From assembly GCA_017936785.1 (NCBI GenBank), contig JAGBEV010000036.1, forward strand, positions 18,408-82,407: DNA of 64,000 nucleotides. The letters run 5' to 3'. Positions 10,021 through 20,017 of this stretch are shown here, piece after piece. Position 1 is the first letter of the stretch; each line of letters begins with the position of its first letter. Source of the DNA: Lachnospiraceae bacterium (GTDB lineage: Bacteria; Bacillota; Clostridia; Lachnospirales; Lachnospiraceae). A program made the translations under genes and the position numbers. Under the pieces are notes generated by a model that ran no database searches, had not been told where the DNA came from, and worked only from the letters and a program-made list of their open reading frames with translations.

Positions 10021-10051
10021 GATAAATTTCCCTTTCTCTGGAATCAGCTAA

Positions 10052-10097
10052 AATATAACAAATATCAGTAGATTTAGCAAGCCGCCTGGGGTATAAT
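10052..10097. promoter_or_regulatory. Overlapping divergent sigma-A promoters
   Basis: Minus strand TTGCTA-17-TATATT with TG extension (10080..10052); plus strand TATAAT at 10092-10097 with weak TAGATT 17 nt upstream. Confidence 0.5.
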
Positions 10098-10104
10098 ATG
10101 CAAT

Positions 10105-11724
10105 ATGGAACGAATGAAAATGCAATTTCAAAACTGTAAAAAAATTCATATAGGCTTGTTTATAGGATCGCTTATCATCTGGTTTTGTACTTTTATAACC
10201 AATCAGAAAATCTTTACAGACGATGCCCTAAATATGAACTGTCTTCCCATTGACAGGGATGCGGTTTCTTTCATGCATATGGCTTCCAAGATTCTTGTTT
10301 TTCTTATAATCTGGGGCATGCTGGAGTTTTTCTATTATGGTTTCAGGCATAAAAAGCTGCTGGCTGCCTTTTTGGGATTTTTTCTTTTTTATATCATTTT
10401 ATTATTATGCAGCTATCCCGGCTACTATATGAGTGATGATACGGTCATTTTCGGTTATGCAACCAGATATTATCCGGTTTATTGGCATAATTACCTGACT
10501 TCTTTATTTTATATGACGGGTATGTCATTGTTCCCAGCCTCTACGGGACCTATTATTTTAAATGATATGTGCCTTGCATTGGTTTTTGCATTTATTTTTT
10601 ATAAGACGGACATGCTCTTTGCTCATAAACTGAAATATGTGATCTTATTATGCGGACTCATGCCTTTTGTCATGCTGTCAGCCTTAATGTGTTTCCGTCC
10701 GGCATTGTATTCTCCTTTCTTTTTGTTTTTCTTTGCTTTTTTGTATTTTGAGAAAAAAGAAAAAAAGGAACTGACTTTAGGAAAATTTATTTTCCTTGCC
10801 CTGCTTACAGCCCTGTTATGCTTTTGGCGGAGCGAAGGCATTGTTTTAATCGTCTTCTGCCTGTTCCTCATTCCTGTGTGCTATGGCGTGCATATAAAAA
10901 AAACAGCACTGTTTTTACTGGCTTTTGCCATTTTCTTTACAACATTGAAAATTCCCCAGTCCAAGGGGGAAGAAAAATATTACGGCAGCGATTATCTGAT
11001 CATTTCCACCATCAGACCCCTTTCCCTGATCATCCACAGGGAACAGACTTATCCGGAAGCCGGAGAAGACCTTGACAATATTGATGCTGTTATCAGCCTT
11101 GACTATATCAGCTATGAAACCTTATCGTGCAGCTCATATAATCGTTATAACTCTGATTTTAACCAGGGGCGTTTTACTGAAACAGGGGCAGACGAAGCAT
11201 TACAAAGCGCCTATCTGAAAAGCGCTTTCCGCCTGATCCGGCATAATCCGGATTTATATTTTGCTGAAAGGCTGCAGCTCTTCCTCGTAACAAACGGCAT
11301 CTATAACTATGATGATTCCCTTGTTTTAGGTTTGGAACCTGTGAACACTTCGGAATTCCATCTGTACCAAAGCGATAAAGACTACGGATATGAGTTGATC
11401 AAAGGTAACCAAAGGCTGCCTGTTACGGGCACCGATACTGTCCCCATGTTTTTATTCAGCCACGGCGGAGAGGCTTATCTACCTGTATTGATCTTGCTGG
11501 TGCTTACCATTTTTATTTCTCTGTTCAGAAAAAACTGGTTTATCTTTTTCTCCCTTGCCTCCCTGATGGCAAGAGAGCTGGTAATCTTTTTGACGGCGCC
11601 TGCTTCCTTTATCCAATACAGTTATCCAACCATGTTTGTAACAGTATTTTTGATATTGATCTATTTTATAGAATACGCTGATTTGAAATTTATAGGCAAA
11701 TCAGATTCCAGGACCATTGATTAA
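10105..11724 (+). CDS. Polytopic membrane protein, putative GT-C (DUF6020-like)
   Basis: Many TM segments, YPGYYMSDD motif after an early TM, large external loop. Confidence 0.55.
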   Translation: MERMKMQFQNCKKIHIGLFIGSLIIWFCTFITNQKIFTDDALNMNCLPIDRDAVSFMHMASKILVFLIIWGMLEFFYYGFRHKKLLAAFLGFFLFYIILLLCSYPGYYMSDDTVIFGYATRYYPVYWHNYLTSLFYMTGMSLFPASTGPIILNDMCLALVFAFIFYKTDMLFAHKLKYVILLCGLMPFVMLSALMCFRPALYSPFFLFFFAFLYFEKKEKKELTLGKFIFLALLTALLCFWRSEGIVLIVFCLFLIPVCYGVHIKKTALFLLAFAIFFTTLKIPQSKGEEKYYGSDYLIISTIRPLSLIIHREQTYPEAGEDLDNIDAVISLDYISYETLSCSSYNRYNSDFNQGRFTETGADEALQSAYLKSAFRLIRHNPDLYFAERLQLFLVTNGIYNYDDSLVLGLEPVNTSEFHLYQSDKDYGYELIKGNQRLPVTGTDTVPMFLFSHGGEAYLPVLILLVLTIFISLFRKNWFIFFSLASLMARELVIFLTAPASFIQYSYPTMFVTVFLILIYFIEYADLKFIGKSDSRTID

Positions 11725-11789
11725 GTATTCAAAAATACCTGAATCGAAAATCAATATCTTGCAAAAATAAAACAGAAAGGAACGAAAAA

Positions 11790-12719
11790 ATGAAAAGAAT
11801 TTTAGTAACAGGCGGAGCCGGATTTGTAGGCTCACATCTTTGCGACAGACTGATCAAAGAAGGAAATCATGTGATCTGTCTGGACAATCTTTATACGGGA
11901 ACCATGGACCACATCAGCCATCTGCTTTCCCAACCCGGATTTGAATTTGTGGAACACGATGTAAGAGAACCTTTTGATACAAAGGTGGATCAGATTTATA
12001 ATCTGGCTTGTCCTGCAAGCCCGCCTTTCTATCAGGAAGATATGGTAGGAACTTCCAAAACCTGCTTTTTGGGAGCTTTAAATATGCTGGAGCTGGCAAA
12101 AAAGAATGGAGCGCGCATCCTGCAGGCAAGCACAAGCGAGGTGTACGGCGATCCAGAAATGCACCCCCAGCCGGAAACCTACCGGGGCTGTGTCAATACC
12201 GTTGGCATCCGTTCCTGCTATGACGAAGGAAAAAGAGTTGCTGAAACCCTGTTTTTCTCCTATCATTTACAGCATGGTGTGGACACGCGCATTATCCGTA
12301 TTTTTAACACCTATGGTCCACGTATGAATCCCGACGACGGCAGGGTAGTCAGCAATTTTATCGTACAGGCATTGAAAGGGGAAGATATTACCATCTACGG
12401 AGACGGAAGCCAGACAAGAAGTTTCTGCTATGTAGACGATCTCATCGAAGGCATGTACCGGATGATGGAAAATGATGATTTCTGCGGTCCTGTGAACTTG
12501 GGTAATCCGGGCGAATTTACCATGCTGGAACTGGCTGAAAAAGTATTGCGCCTGACAAACTCCAAAAGCCGGTTGATCTACTGTCCTCTTCCCAGCGACG
12601 ATCCCACCAAACGCCGTCCTGACATTTCCCTTGCCAAAGAAAAACTTAACTGGCAGCCGGGGATCAAATTGGAAGATGGATTGGTTAAGACCATCGATTA
12701 TTTTAAAGGCATCATTTAA
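11790..12719 (+). CDS. uxs: UDP-glucuronate decarboxylase (UDP-xylose synthase)
   Basis: [72 protein letters not shown]. Confidence 0.92.
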   Translation: MKRILVTGGAGFVGSHLCDRLIKEGNHVICLDNLYTGTMDHISHLLSQPGFEFVEHDVREPFDTKVDQIYNLACPASPPFYQEDMVGTSKTCFLGALNMLELAKKNGARILQASTSEVYGDPEMHPQPETYRGCVNTVGIRSCYDEGKRVAETLFFSYHLQHGVDTRIIRIFNTYGPRMNPDDGRVVSNFIVQALKGEDITIYGDGSQTRSFCYVDDLIEGMYRMMENDDFCGPVNLGNPGEFTMLELAEKVLRLTNSKSRLIYCPLPSDDPTKRRPDISLAKEKLNWQPGIKLEDGLVKTIDYFKGII

Positions 12720-12728
12720 TGTATCTAT

Positions 12729-12795
12729 AAAAAACAGGGATATTGGGAATTTTGCAGGCAAAAGCCACACACAATTCTGAATATCCCTGTTTTTT
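12729..12795. terminator. Probable bidirectional terminator (16-bp arms, 35-nt structured spacer)
   Basis: AAAAAACAGGGATATT (12729-12744) / AATATCCCTGTTTTTT (12780-12795) between convergent genes. Confidence 0.65.
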
Positions 12796-13856
12796 TATTT
12801 TTTTCTGCTCTTACCAAACAGAAGCAGGTCCAGAATCCAGACCTTCTTAATAAGATAAATGCACAATGCTGTTAAAATACTCATGACCACAAATGCCGCT
12901 GCCAGCCATCCTGCAGCCTGAAGGCTGTACACCTGCAGCCCTTTTTCGCCGATTCCCAGCAATCTGGCAAATCTAAAATGCAGCACATAGATTTCCAAAG
13001 TATACTGACCGATAAAGGACAGTCCCTTTTTCACCCAGCCCCCGGCAAAATGATAGATTCCGTAAAAACACACAAAGCTTCCTAAAAAAGATGCTGTCAT
13101 TTGTACCAACAGGGCTCTGGCATCCGTTACCACGATCATGTCAAAAGCGGCAATAAAATATATAAATGCGGCAAATGCGGCAATCCACAGCAGATAATTT
13201 ATAAGCCTGCCTTTGACTCCTGAAATTGGATGCTGACGGATAAAGGGCATCACATATGCCGCCCACAAATATCCCGCCACATAAAAAGGCAGATATTTAA
13301 CAGTAAGGCTGGGGCTTAAAAAGCTGTTGCCGCTTCTGCCCTGTATAATGAATCCCAGATAACATATGCCAACGATCATACAAAAAACAACAAACCGCAG
13401 AATGCCTTTTACCAGCGGCTTTCCGCTGCATTTCCATCCGCAATGGTCAGCCCCATAGGAAGCAATCATTGTCACTAAGGTAACAATCCATAAGGTCATC
13501 AAAAACCATAATCCTCTGTCCAAAGCAAACAACTGCAGCTTCAGTTCCTCCAAAGGATTGGTCAGGTGCGTCAAAAATAGCCACACAAAGAAGGGCAGTA
13601 AATAAGAGAACGTCCTCCTTTGAAGCTTTATCAGCCATTTTTTTCCATCAGGCTTTTCCGTCAGAAGGAGAGGCGCTCTGCCTGCAATAAAACCACTGAC
13701 AACCATAAACAGCGGCATCTGAACTGCCACGATGGCATCATATATATATGGGTCTGCAAGACCGTTTAATACCATGCAATGCCCCAGCATCACAATCAAT
13801 ATGGCAAAACCTTTTACCGCATCCAGTGCGTCATCCCGTTTGTTTACCCGGTCCAA
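12795..13856 (-). CDS. Acyltransferase family 3 (O-acyltransferase)
   Basis: R...LDAVKGFAILIVMLGH, MPLFMVVSGF, LWFL, TLEIYVLH; TTG start with GGAGG RBS. Confidence 0.88.
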   Translation of the reverse strand: MDRVNKRDDALDAVKGFAILIVMLGHCMVLNGLADPYIYDAIVAVQMPLFMVVSGFIAGRAPLLLTEKPDGKKWLIKLQRRTFSYLLPFFVWLFLTHLTNPLEELKLQLFALDRGLWFLMTLWIVTLVTMIASYGADHCGWKCSGKPLVKGILRFVVFCMIVGICYLGFIIQGRSGNSFLSPSLTVKYLPFYVAGYLWAAYVMPFIRQHPISGVKGRLINYLLWIAAFAAFIYFIAAFDMIVVTDARALLVQMTASFLGSFVCFYGIYHFAGGWVKKGLSFIGQYTLEIYVLHFRFARLLGIGEKGLQVYSLQAAGWLAAAFVVMSILTALCIYLIKKVWILDLLLFGKSRKK

Positions 13857-15968
13857 TTACTCTTCCTCCCGCCAATATACTTCAAAGATCAGGTCCCCTT
13901 TGTCACCTTTTGTCAGACCTGTTAATTTTCCCTGGGGATACACGTCATAGTGACCTGTATCATAATATAAAAATATCAAGTCATGACTGCCCGACAGCTT
14001 TTTGATCCTGATTTCGTAGCTGCTGATACCTTCCCTGTTTTCAAACGCAAGGGGATAAAAGGTATAATCCTCTGCCAGGCTGCCCTGTAAAATCTGTTCT
14101 TTTATGAGGCTGCCTCCTTCCTCATAGAGGCTTATGCTGTAAAGGCTGTCATTATACTCTCCTTCCAGGTTGTGCACCTGAAAAGCAATCGTAGAAAATG
14201 CTTTATCCGTTACAAAGGTCTGGCTTACTTCCATTCCATCGGAAATGGCTATATACTCATTTGCCTGAAACAGAAATTGGTCCACACTCATGGAAACTTC
14301 CACATATTCCGTCACTGCCAGCCGCCGGATCAGCAAAGCAGACAAAAGAATACATAGTGTCAAAAAACTTCCAGGCACAATCTTTTTCTGCTCTGCCTCA
14401 TTCTTCATATTATAAGGCATTATCCCCGGAATAAACACCGCTGCCATACAGCCGTTTACATACATGGTCCCAATGCTGTAGATAGTTCCCGCCTCCCAGA
14501 TCATCTGAAAGAGATAACTGCCAAGCAAAAACAGGGGCAGGAAAAATAATTCTCCGGGCAGTTTCTTTTTCCACAGCAAAACTGCCACACCCAGCCCGGA
14601 TATAAGAGAAAGGAGATAAAACGCCTGGGTAACTGCCAGCAAGGGATCTCTGTGAACACCATAAACCACCTGCCAAAGCCAGCCGTAATCCTGGCTTAAA
14701 TTTAATTCTGAATGGTAGCCGCCGGCTCCGTCCCCAAAGGTCATTGCCAGTTTCTTAAAATATAGTTTTCCCACACCTACCGGTCCTAATGCGGATACAC
14801 GCTCTTTGACCAGAGAAAGGTCTGCTTCCTTCTTTTCTTCTTTTGTATCAAAGCTCATGGTATAGGCTTCATCTGCCGGACTGAAGGTTCCTGTATCCGA
14901 AAGCCCCATGGCAATCCAATGGGTCATGGGAAATGCCGTATCCCTTTCATCAAAGGCAAGATAATGATCCTCTATTTTAGAATATAGCCCTTCCGTAATA
15001 CCCATTGCCATGAAAAGGACAAATATACAGACTGCTGCAGATGCAATTTTACTTTCCAACAGCTTATTTTTATTTATAATGCTGTCATCTTTCTTCCCGA
15101 CACAAAATATTACCATCAGTACTGCGATCAGAGCAATTGCAGTAGTTGCACGGATTTCAAACCCCGCCGCAAATAAAACGCCTGCCAAAGCACATTTACA
15201 GACATCCCCGTATTTCCTTCCGCCTGTCCTTTCTCTCTTACAAAATACAGCAAGCAGCAGATATGCTCCCCAAACGGCAAAAGCCATGGAACAGGTATTC
15301 GTATAATAAAAAGGCAGCCATACATAGGTCAAAGGATTCAATGCCGTGTAGATCATAAAAACCCCGGCAGACCTGGTCCCTGCATACTTTCTGACCAGTG
15401 CAAAGGCTCCCCCGAAAGCCGCATCTACAAAAATCACATTTACAAATTGTAATACCAGAACCCCATTGGAAAAATCCCCATGTACGATTCCTATGGCACG
15501 GAATATCTTGATCAGCCAATGAGTCATAATGGTCATGGCATAATTATTGGAGTATCTTGCAAAATATCCTTCCAGATCCCCTGCCTGAATCCCTTCCTGA
15601 CTAAAAAGCGCCAGCGCTTCATCAAAAACCTTTAAGGCATCATAACGGATTCCGGCTTTCGCCACAGCAACAAACACAAACTGCAGCAGGACCATAAATG
15701 CCCCAATCAGGGCACACAATGCCACAATTCTCTGTTCCTCCAAATGATCCAGACCTTTTGCAGCCAGCATGAACATCCGGAACAACAAAGCTGTTGCGCC
15801 CAGCATTTCCAGCCCCCGCAGCAATACACCCGTTTCCAGATATGCCGTATTGCCGCCTTCCCAGAAAAAACTGCCCATAAAGATCAAATATATGGTAAAT
15901 ACAGAAAAAACTGCCAGTGAAAAACAAAAAACGGTCTTTCTGCTAAAGTCATAAACTCTTTTCCCCAT
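13857..15968 (-). CDS. Polytopic GT-C-like protein with C-terminal external domain (paralogue of 24146-26395)
   Basis: About 12 TM segments, IRYD loop motif, FPMTHWIAMG, WEA; start set at MGKRV with a GGGGGA RBS. Confidence 0.65.
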   Translation of the reverse strand: MGKRVYDFSRKTVFCFSLAVFSVFTIYLIFMGSFFWEGGNTAYLETGVLLRGLEMLGATALLFRMFMLAAKGLDHLEEQRIVALCALIGAFMVLLQFVFVAVAKAGIRYDALKVFDEALALFSQEGIQAGDLEGYFARYSNNYAMTIMTHWLIKIFRAIGIVHGDFSNGVLVLQFVNVIFVDAAFGGAFALVRKYAGTRSAGVFMIYTALNPLTYVWLPFYYTNTCSMAFAVWGAYLLLAVFCKRERTGGRKYGDVCKCALAGVLFAAGFEIRATTAIALIAVLMVIFCVGKKDDSIINKNKLLESKIASAAVCIFVLFMAMGITEGLYSKIEDHYLAFDERDTAFPMTHWIAMGLSDTGTFSPADEAYTMSFDTKEEKKEADLSLVKERVSALGPVGVGKLYFKKLAMTFGDGAGGYHSELNLSQDYGWLWQVVYGVHRDPLLAVTQAFYLLSLISGLGVAVLLWKKKLPGELFFLPLFLLGSYLFQMIWEAGTIYSIGTMYVNGCMAAVFIPGIMPYNMKNEAEQKKIVPGSFLTLCILLSALLIRRLAVTEYVEVSMSVDQFLFQANEYIAISDGMEVSQTFVTDKAFSTIAFQVHNLEGEYNDSLYSISLYEEGGSLIKEQILQGSLAEDYTFYPLAFENREGISSYEIRIKKLSGSHDLIFLYYDTGHYDVYPQGKLTGLTKGDKGDLIFEVYWREEE

Positions 15969-15987
15969 TTGTTCCCCCAAAATAATT

Positions 15988-17076
15988 TTAGTCTTTTGTA
16001 ATTTTTTGATAAATAATATCCAAGACCACACATGCGGCTACGGATATGACAATGCTGCACAACTGCAAAACTGCCTTTGGTATTCCGGCACTTTCCGCCG
16101 CTTCAGGCATGGCTGCACCTGCCGCTGCCAAAAACATCTGCATCACAAAATAGTGATAGCATAAAATAGTAAGGGTATGTCTTCCCAGCCTTCCCACAAA
16201 GGCAGTTGCCTTAGGAAGCTGTCTTTCTGTCCATCTCAATACCAGAAACAACAGATAGCTTGTGCTTACTGCTGAAATCATGCAAATGGCTACGCTTTTA
16301 CCAAAATAACTGACCGAAAGATTGGATGATCCATTAAACAGGCTGCTGCCGGCAGCGATCAAAATGATCCCTGTCAGAATCGGAATCTTTAGGGACATAT
16401 TTATTTCTTCCAATTTCTCAAAATAACATCCTTCCCTGAATTCATGTCCTATAAGGAAAAATCCAATAAGAAAAGGCAGAATATCCACACACCAGGGCAG
16501 CAAAAAGGGAGAAAGATAATGGTACAGCAGCATGGTAAAAGAAAATACCGCTGCAAACAAATGAACCTTTTTCTTATTGCCTTTCATCAGCCGGTATAAT
16601 CCTTCTGTACTGACCAGCACCAGAAACAATGCCGGCAAGAACCAGGTAGGCGCATTTAAATTCAGCATCATACTCCGGTCAGGTATGGGAGCCTCAAAAA
16701 TAACCAGACCTTCGCCGGTTTTTATCAATTGAGTCCTTCCATAAAAAATCCCCAAAAGGGAAATCAATGTCTTTGACAGCTGAAAACTGCCGGAAAGCAG
16801 ATCCTTGATCAAAAAGAACAGAAATAGCAGCAGGTTTGCTCCAAAATAAGGGACTAACAGCCTTTTTGCCTTTCTTTTCACATAATTGCAATAAGTTTCT
16901 TCCTTTTGGGTATATGTATATCCTGCCAATAGGAAAAAGGCCGGCACATAAAACATGCCGCCCCAGAAATTTATCCCCGGAATTACCAGTCCGCTGTGAT
17001 TTAACGCCACGATCAAAATGGCAATCCCCTTAGCCGCATCAATCCAATTTTTTCTTTGGATCTCTTTCTGTTCCAT
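15988..17076 (-). CDS. Acyltransferase family 3
   Basis: RKNWIDAAKGIAILIVALNH, VPAFFLLAGY, PTWFLPALF; GGAGG RBS. Confidence 0.88.
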   Translation of the reverse strand: MEQKEIQRKNWIDAAKGIAILIVALNHSGLVIPGINFWGGMFYVPAFFLLAGYTYTQKEETYCNYVKRKAKRLLVPYFGANLLLFLFFLIKDLLSGSFQLSKTLISLLGIFYGRTQLIKTGEGLVIFEAPIPDRSMMLNLNAPTWFLPALFLVLVSTEGLYRLMKGNKKKVHLFAAVFSFTMLLYHYLSPFLLPWCVDILPFLIGFFLIGHEFREGCYFEKLEEINMSLKIPILTGIILIAAGSSLFNGSSNLSVSYFGKSVAICMISAVSTSYLLFLVLRWTERQLPKATAFVGRLGRHTLTILCYHYFVMQMFLAAAGAAMPEAAESAGIPKAVLQLCSIVISVAACVVLDIIYQKITKD

Positions 17077-17141
17077 TCCGCTCCTCCATATATTCTTTCT
17101 GCCATTCATAAATTTCCGGCAGAAATCACACAGATGCCATA

Positions 17142-18290
17142 TCAATGAGCATCAAAATAAGCTCCTATTTTCCCCGCCAGCTTCATTCCCGGTTTCTCCA
17201 CAAACATATGCAACAAATAAGACAAAATCGTTGTCAGAACAAAAGACAAAATCAGATTCAGCACAGCCAGCACATGGTAATTCATCTTATCCTGCAATGC
17301 AATATAAAAACTGCAGGAAAACGTACATAATACCGCAAAGTGCAGCAGATAAAAACCATAGGTAAACTGATTGAACCAGGTAAAAGGCTTGATAGACAAA
17401 ATCTTTGCCGGTCCGCTCAAATGCAGCAGTCCATAGATGACCATGGAAGCTCCCACATTATAAAACAAAATGATCTTTAGAGGAAAGAACCGGTACATGG
17501 TCCCTTCCATCCGCTCTCCGATAGGCGGAAAAGACCCTAAAAACAAGCCCCCCAGGAACAACAGAGCCATGAGCCATTTTTGTTTTGACAGCTTTTCCAG
17601 CCACACAGGAGCCTGATACGTCAGATCACAGACTACCGTTCCCAAAATAAAAGGCAGAAAATCTGAGCGGATAAAAATAACCGCAGCCACAGCATAAACA
17701 ACATATCTTGCCTTGCTTTCCCCTAAAAGGGACAGAATAGCCGCTATAAGCAATGTTCCGAAAAACTCATAATAAATAAACCATAAAGGACCGTTATACT
17801 GGTTTGCTCCTGTTACAAAACAGCCCCAAAAAGCCTCCTTCATGGCTCCCAGAAGGCTGGGCTCAAAATTATTATAATTTCCCACAAAAACCTCAGAGCC
17901 TGCCAGAAGGGATGCCTGGTAATTCTGATATGCGCCAAGGCTCATCAGGATAAAGATCAAAATATTTGCCGTAACTATGGGTAAGATCAGCCGAAAATAT
18001 TTCTTGATCACTCCGGTCTTTAAAGATCTCTTATCTCCCGTCAGGAAAAACCTGTAGCCTACAAAAAATCCGCTGAGGGTCATAAATATCCTGACACCGA
18101 ATTTTCCCCCTGCCAGAAGATTCAAAGGCGTGGAACCAAAAATATATTCCAAAGACTCCGTATGAAATTGTTCCGGCAAAAGGCTGTATGCCCCGGGATA
18201 AAAGAAATTTATAAAATGGAAATTGAAGATCATCAGACAGGACAATACCTTCAGCCCGTCCAGATAATCCAGCTTTACCGCCTGTTTCAT
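17142..18290 (-). CDS. Acyltransferase family 3
   Basis: YLDGLK...FNFH, GVRIFMTLSGF, YFRL, NGPLWFIYYEF, TYGFYLLH, FVEKP. Confidence 0.88.
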   Translation of the reverse strand: MKQAVKLDYLDGLKVLSCLMIFNFHFINFFYPGAYSLLPEQFHTESLEYIFGSTPLNLLAGGKFGVRIFMTLSGFFVGYRFFLTGDKRSLKTGVIKKYFRLILPIVTANILIFILMSLGAYQNYQASLLAGSEVFVGNYNNFEPSLLGAMKEAFWGCFVTGANQYNGPLWFIYYEFFGTLLIAAILSLLGESKARYVVYAVAAVIFIRSDFLPFILGTVVCDLTYQAPVWLEKLSKQKWLMALLFLGGLFLGSFPPIGERMEGTMYRFFPLKIILFYNVGASMVIYGLLHLSGPAKILSIKPFTWFNQFTYGFYLLHFAVLCTFSCSFYIALQDKMNYHVLAVLNLILSFVLTTILSYLLHMFVEKPGMKLAGKIGAYFDAH

Positions 18291-18300
18291 TGGTCACTCC

Positions 18301-19149
18301 TTATGCAAGAAGAGTTTTCATATATTCTTCAAAGGCATCATGCCAGTCTGCAAACATAAAGTCTGTAGTCAGCTTAAACATATAGTTTTCCAGGATAGAA
18401 TAAGCCGGTCTTGGAGCAGGGGCATTATATTCCTCTGTTGTGATGGCTTTTACTCTGGTATCCTTGCCTGCAACACGGAAAATTTCTTCTGCAAACTGTG
18501 CCCAGCTGCAGCTTCCTTCACAGGTAGCATGGAACAACCCATAGTTTTCCGTAGGCAGCAATACGCCGATAGCCTTTGCTAACTCTTTTGCACTGGTAGG
18601 GGTTCCTACCTGATCGCCTACTACGGATACTTCCTCATGAGTCTCAGAAAGGCGAAGCATGGTCTTGATAAAGTTTTTGCCGTCTCCATACAGCCATGCA
18701 GTACGAAGAATAAAGTAATCCTTTGCAAACTCCTTTACAAAGTTTTCACCTGCTAATTTTGTCTTGCCATACATTCCCGCAGGACCTACCGGGTCAAATT
18801 CAATATAAGGTCTTGTCCCTTTTCCGTCCAAAACATAATCGGTGGAAATCTGGATCATCTTAGCCCCGGTTTCCGTTGCGGCAATACTTAAATTTCTCGG
18901 TCCGATAGCATTGATACGGTATGCCGCATCCGCCTGAGTCTCACAGGCATCCACTCCTGTATGTGCCGCACAGTTTATAATGGCATAGGGCTTTACCTCT
19001 CTTGCCAGCTTCATAACTGCGTCAATATTGGTTATATCCAGTTCTGCCACATCCGTATTTACCAGTTCATATTCATTGCTTCCTGCATATAATTCGTTGA
19101 CAGCCCTTCCTAACTGACCGTTGCATCCTGTAATGATTAACTTTTTCAT
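18301..19149 (-). CDS. rfbD: dTDP-4-dehydrorhamnose reductase
   Basis: ITGCNGQLG, INCAAHTGVD, ISTDYV, YGKTKLAGE, LRTAWLYG, DQVGTPT, APRPAYS. Confidence 0.93.
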   Translation of the reverse strand: MKKLIITGCNGQLGRAVNELYAGSNEYELVNTDVAELDITNIDAVMKLAREVKPYAIINCAAHTGVDACETQADAAYRINAIGPRNLSIAATETGAKMIQISTDYVLDGKGTRPYIEFDPVGPAGMYGKTKLAGENFVKEFAKDYFILRTAWLYGDGKNFIKTMLRLSETHEEVSVVGDQVGTPTSAKELAKAIGVLLPTENYGLFHATCEGSCSWAQFAEEIFRVAGKDTRVKAITTEEYNAPAPRPAYSILENYMFKLTTDFMFADWHDAFEEYMKTLLA

Positions 19150-19183
19150 CGCTTTTCTCCTTTTTTCATCCATACGCCATATT

Positions 19184-20017
19184 TTACCAAATTGTTCTGC
19201 CGCCGTCCAGAATAACCGTAGCTCCGGTCATATAAGAGCTTGCCTCCGACAGCATATAAAGTACCGTTGCCGGATATTCGTCAGGTCTGGACATCCTGCC
19301 CATAGGGATCAATTGGCTGATCTTCTTTACAAACTCTTCATCCTGTCCGTTGGAAAGACTTGCGGGACAGAGAGTATTGACTCTGATTCCACTCTTTGCC
19401 CAATAGGTGGCAAGATATTTGGTCAGTCCCATAATGCCGTGCTTTACAACCGAATAAGAAACGGGCTTAACGGTCTGTTCTTCTTCAGGAACTCCCTCTT
19501 TTTTATAAATATTCTGATTGGGAGAGATCACTCCGTAGTCAGAAGAAATATTGATAATAACTCCCTGTTTCTGCTTTTCCATTTCATAACCGAATACCTG
19601 ACAGCAAAGGAAGGCTCCGGTAAGTCCCACCTTCATGTCATCCTCCCAGATAGATAAGGGCAGATTGTGAAAACGCATGGCTCCCAGATTTTTGGAACCG
19701 CCTTCCACCTTGGGATTATTTGCCGCATTATTGATCAGACCGTCAATATGTCCGTATTTGGCAAGAAGTTCATCCCGGATGCCCTCCAGACACTTCCTGT
19801 CAGTAATATCCGCCACATAGGTTTCGATTTTCGCCTGGGGATAACGACTTAAAAATTCTTCTTTTACTTTTTCCAAAGGCTCCGGAAAAATATCCAGAAG
19901 AACCGGAATTCCTTCTCCCTCCAAAACCGCCTCCGTATGACGCCTTCCGATCAAACCGGCGCCACCGGTGATCACAACTACCTTATCAGTGATTTTAAAC
20001 TGATCAAAGACCGACAT
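19184..20017 (-). CDS. SDR oxidoreductase (PtmA-like)
   Basis: TGGAGLIG, INNAANNP, ISSDYGVISP, YSVVK catalytic motif, GLTKYLATYW. Confidence 0.8.
   Translation of the reverse strand: MSVFDQFKITDKVVVITGGAGLIGRRHTEAVLEGEGIPVLLDIFPEPLEKVKEEFLSRYPQAKIETYVADITDRKCLEGIRDELLAKYGHIDGLINNAANNPKVEGGSKNLGAMRFHNLPLSIWEDDMKVGLTGAFLCCQVFGYEMEKQKQGVIINISSDYGVISPNQNIYKKEGVPEEEQTVKPVSYSVVKHGIMGLTKYLATYWAKSGIRVNTLCPASLSNGQDEEFVKKISQLIPMGRMSRPDEYPATVLYMLSEASSYMTGATVILDGGRTIW

Noticed and set aside
12745-12779. GGCAAAAGCC as part of a c-di-GMP-I riboswitch
   Set aside because: It lies between convergent 3' ends and lacks the rest of the motif.
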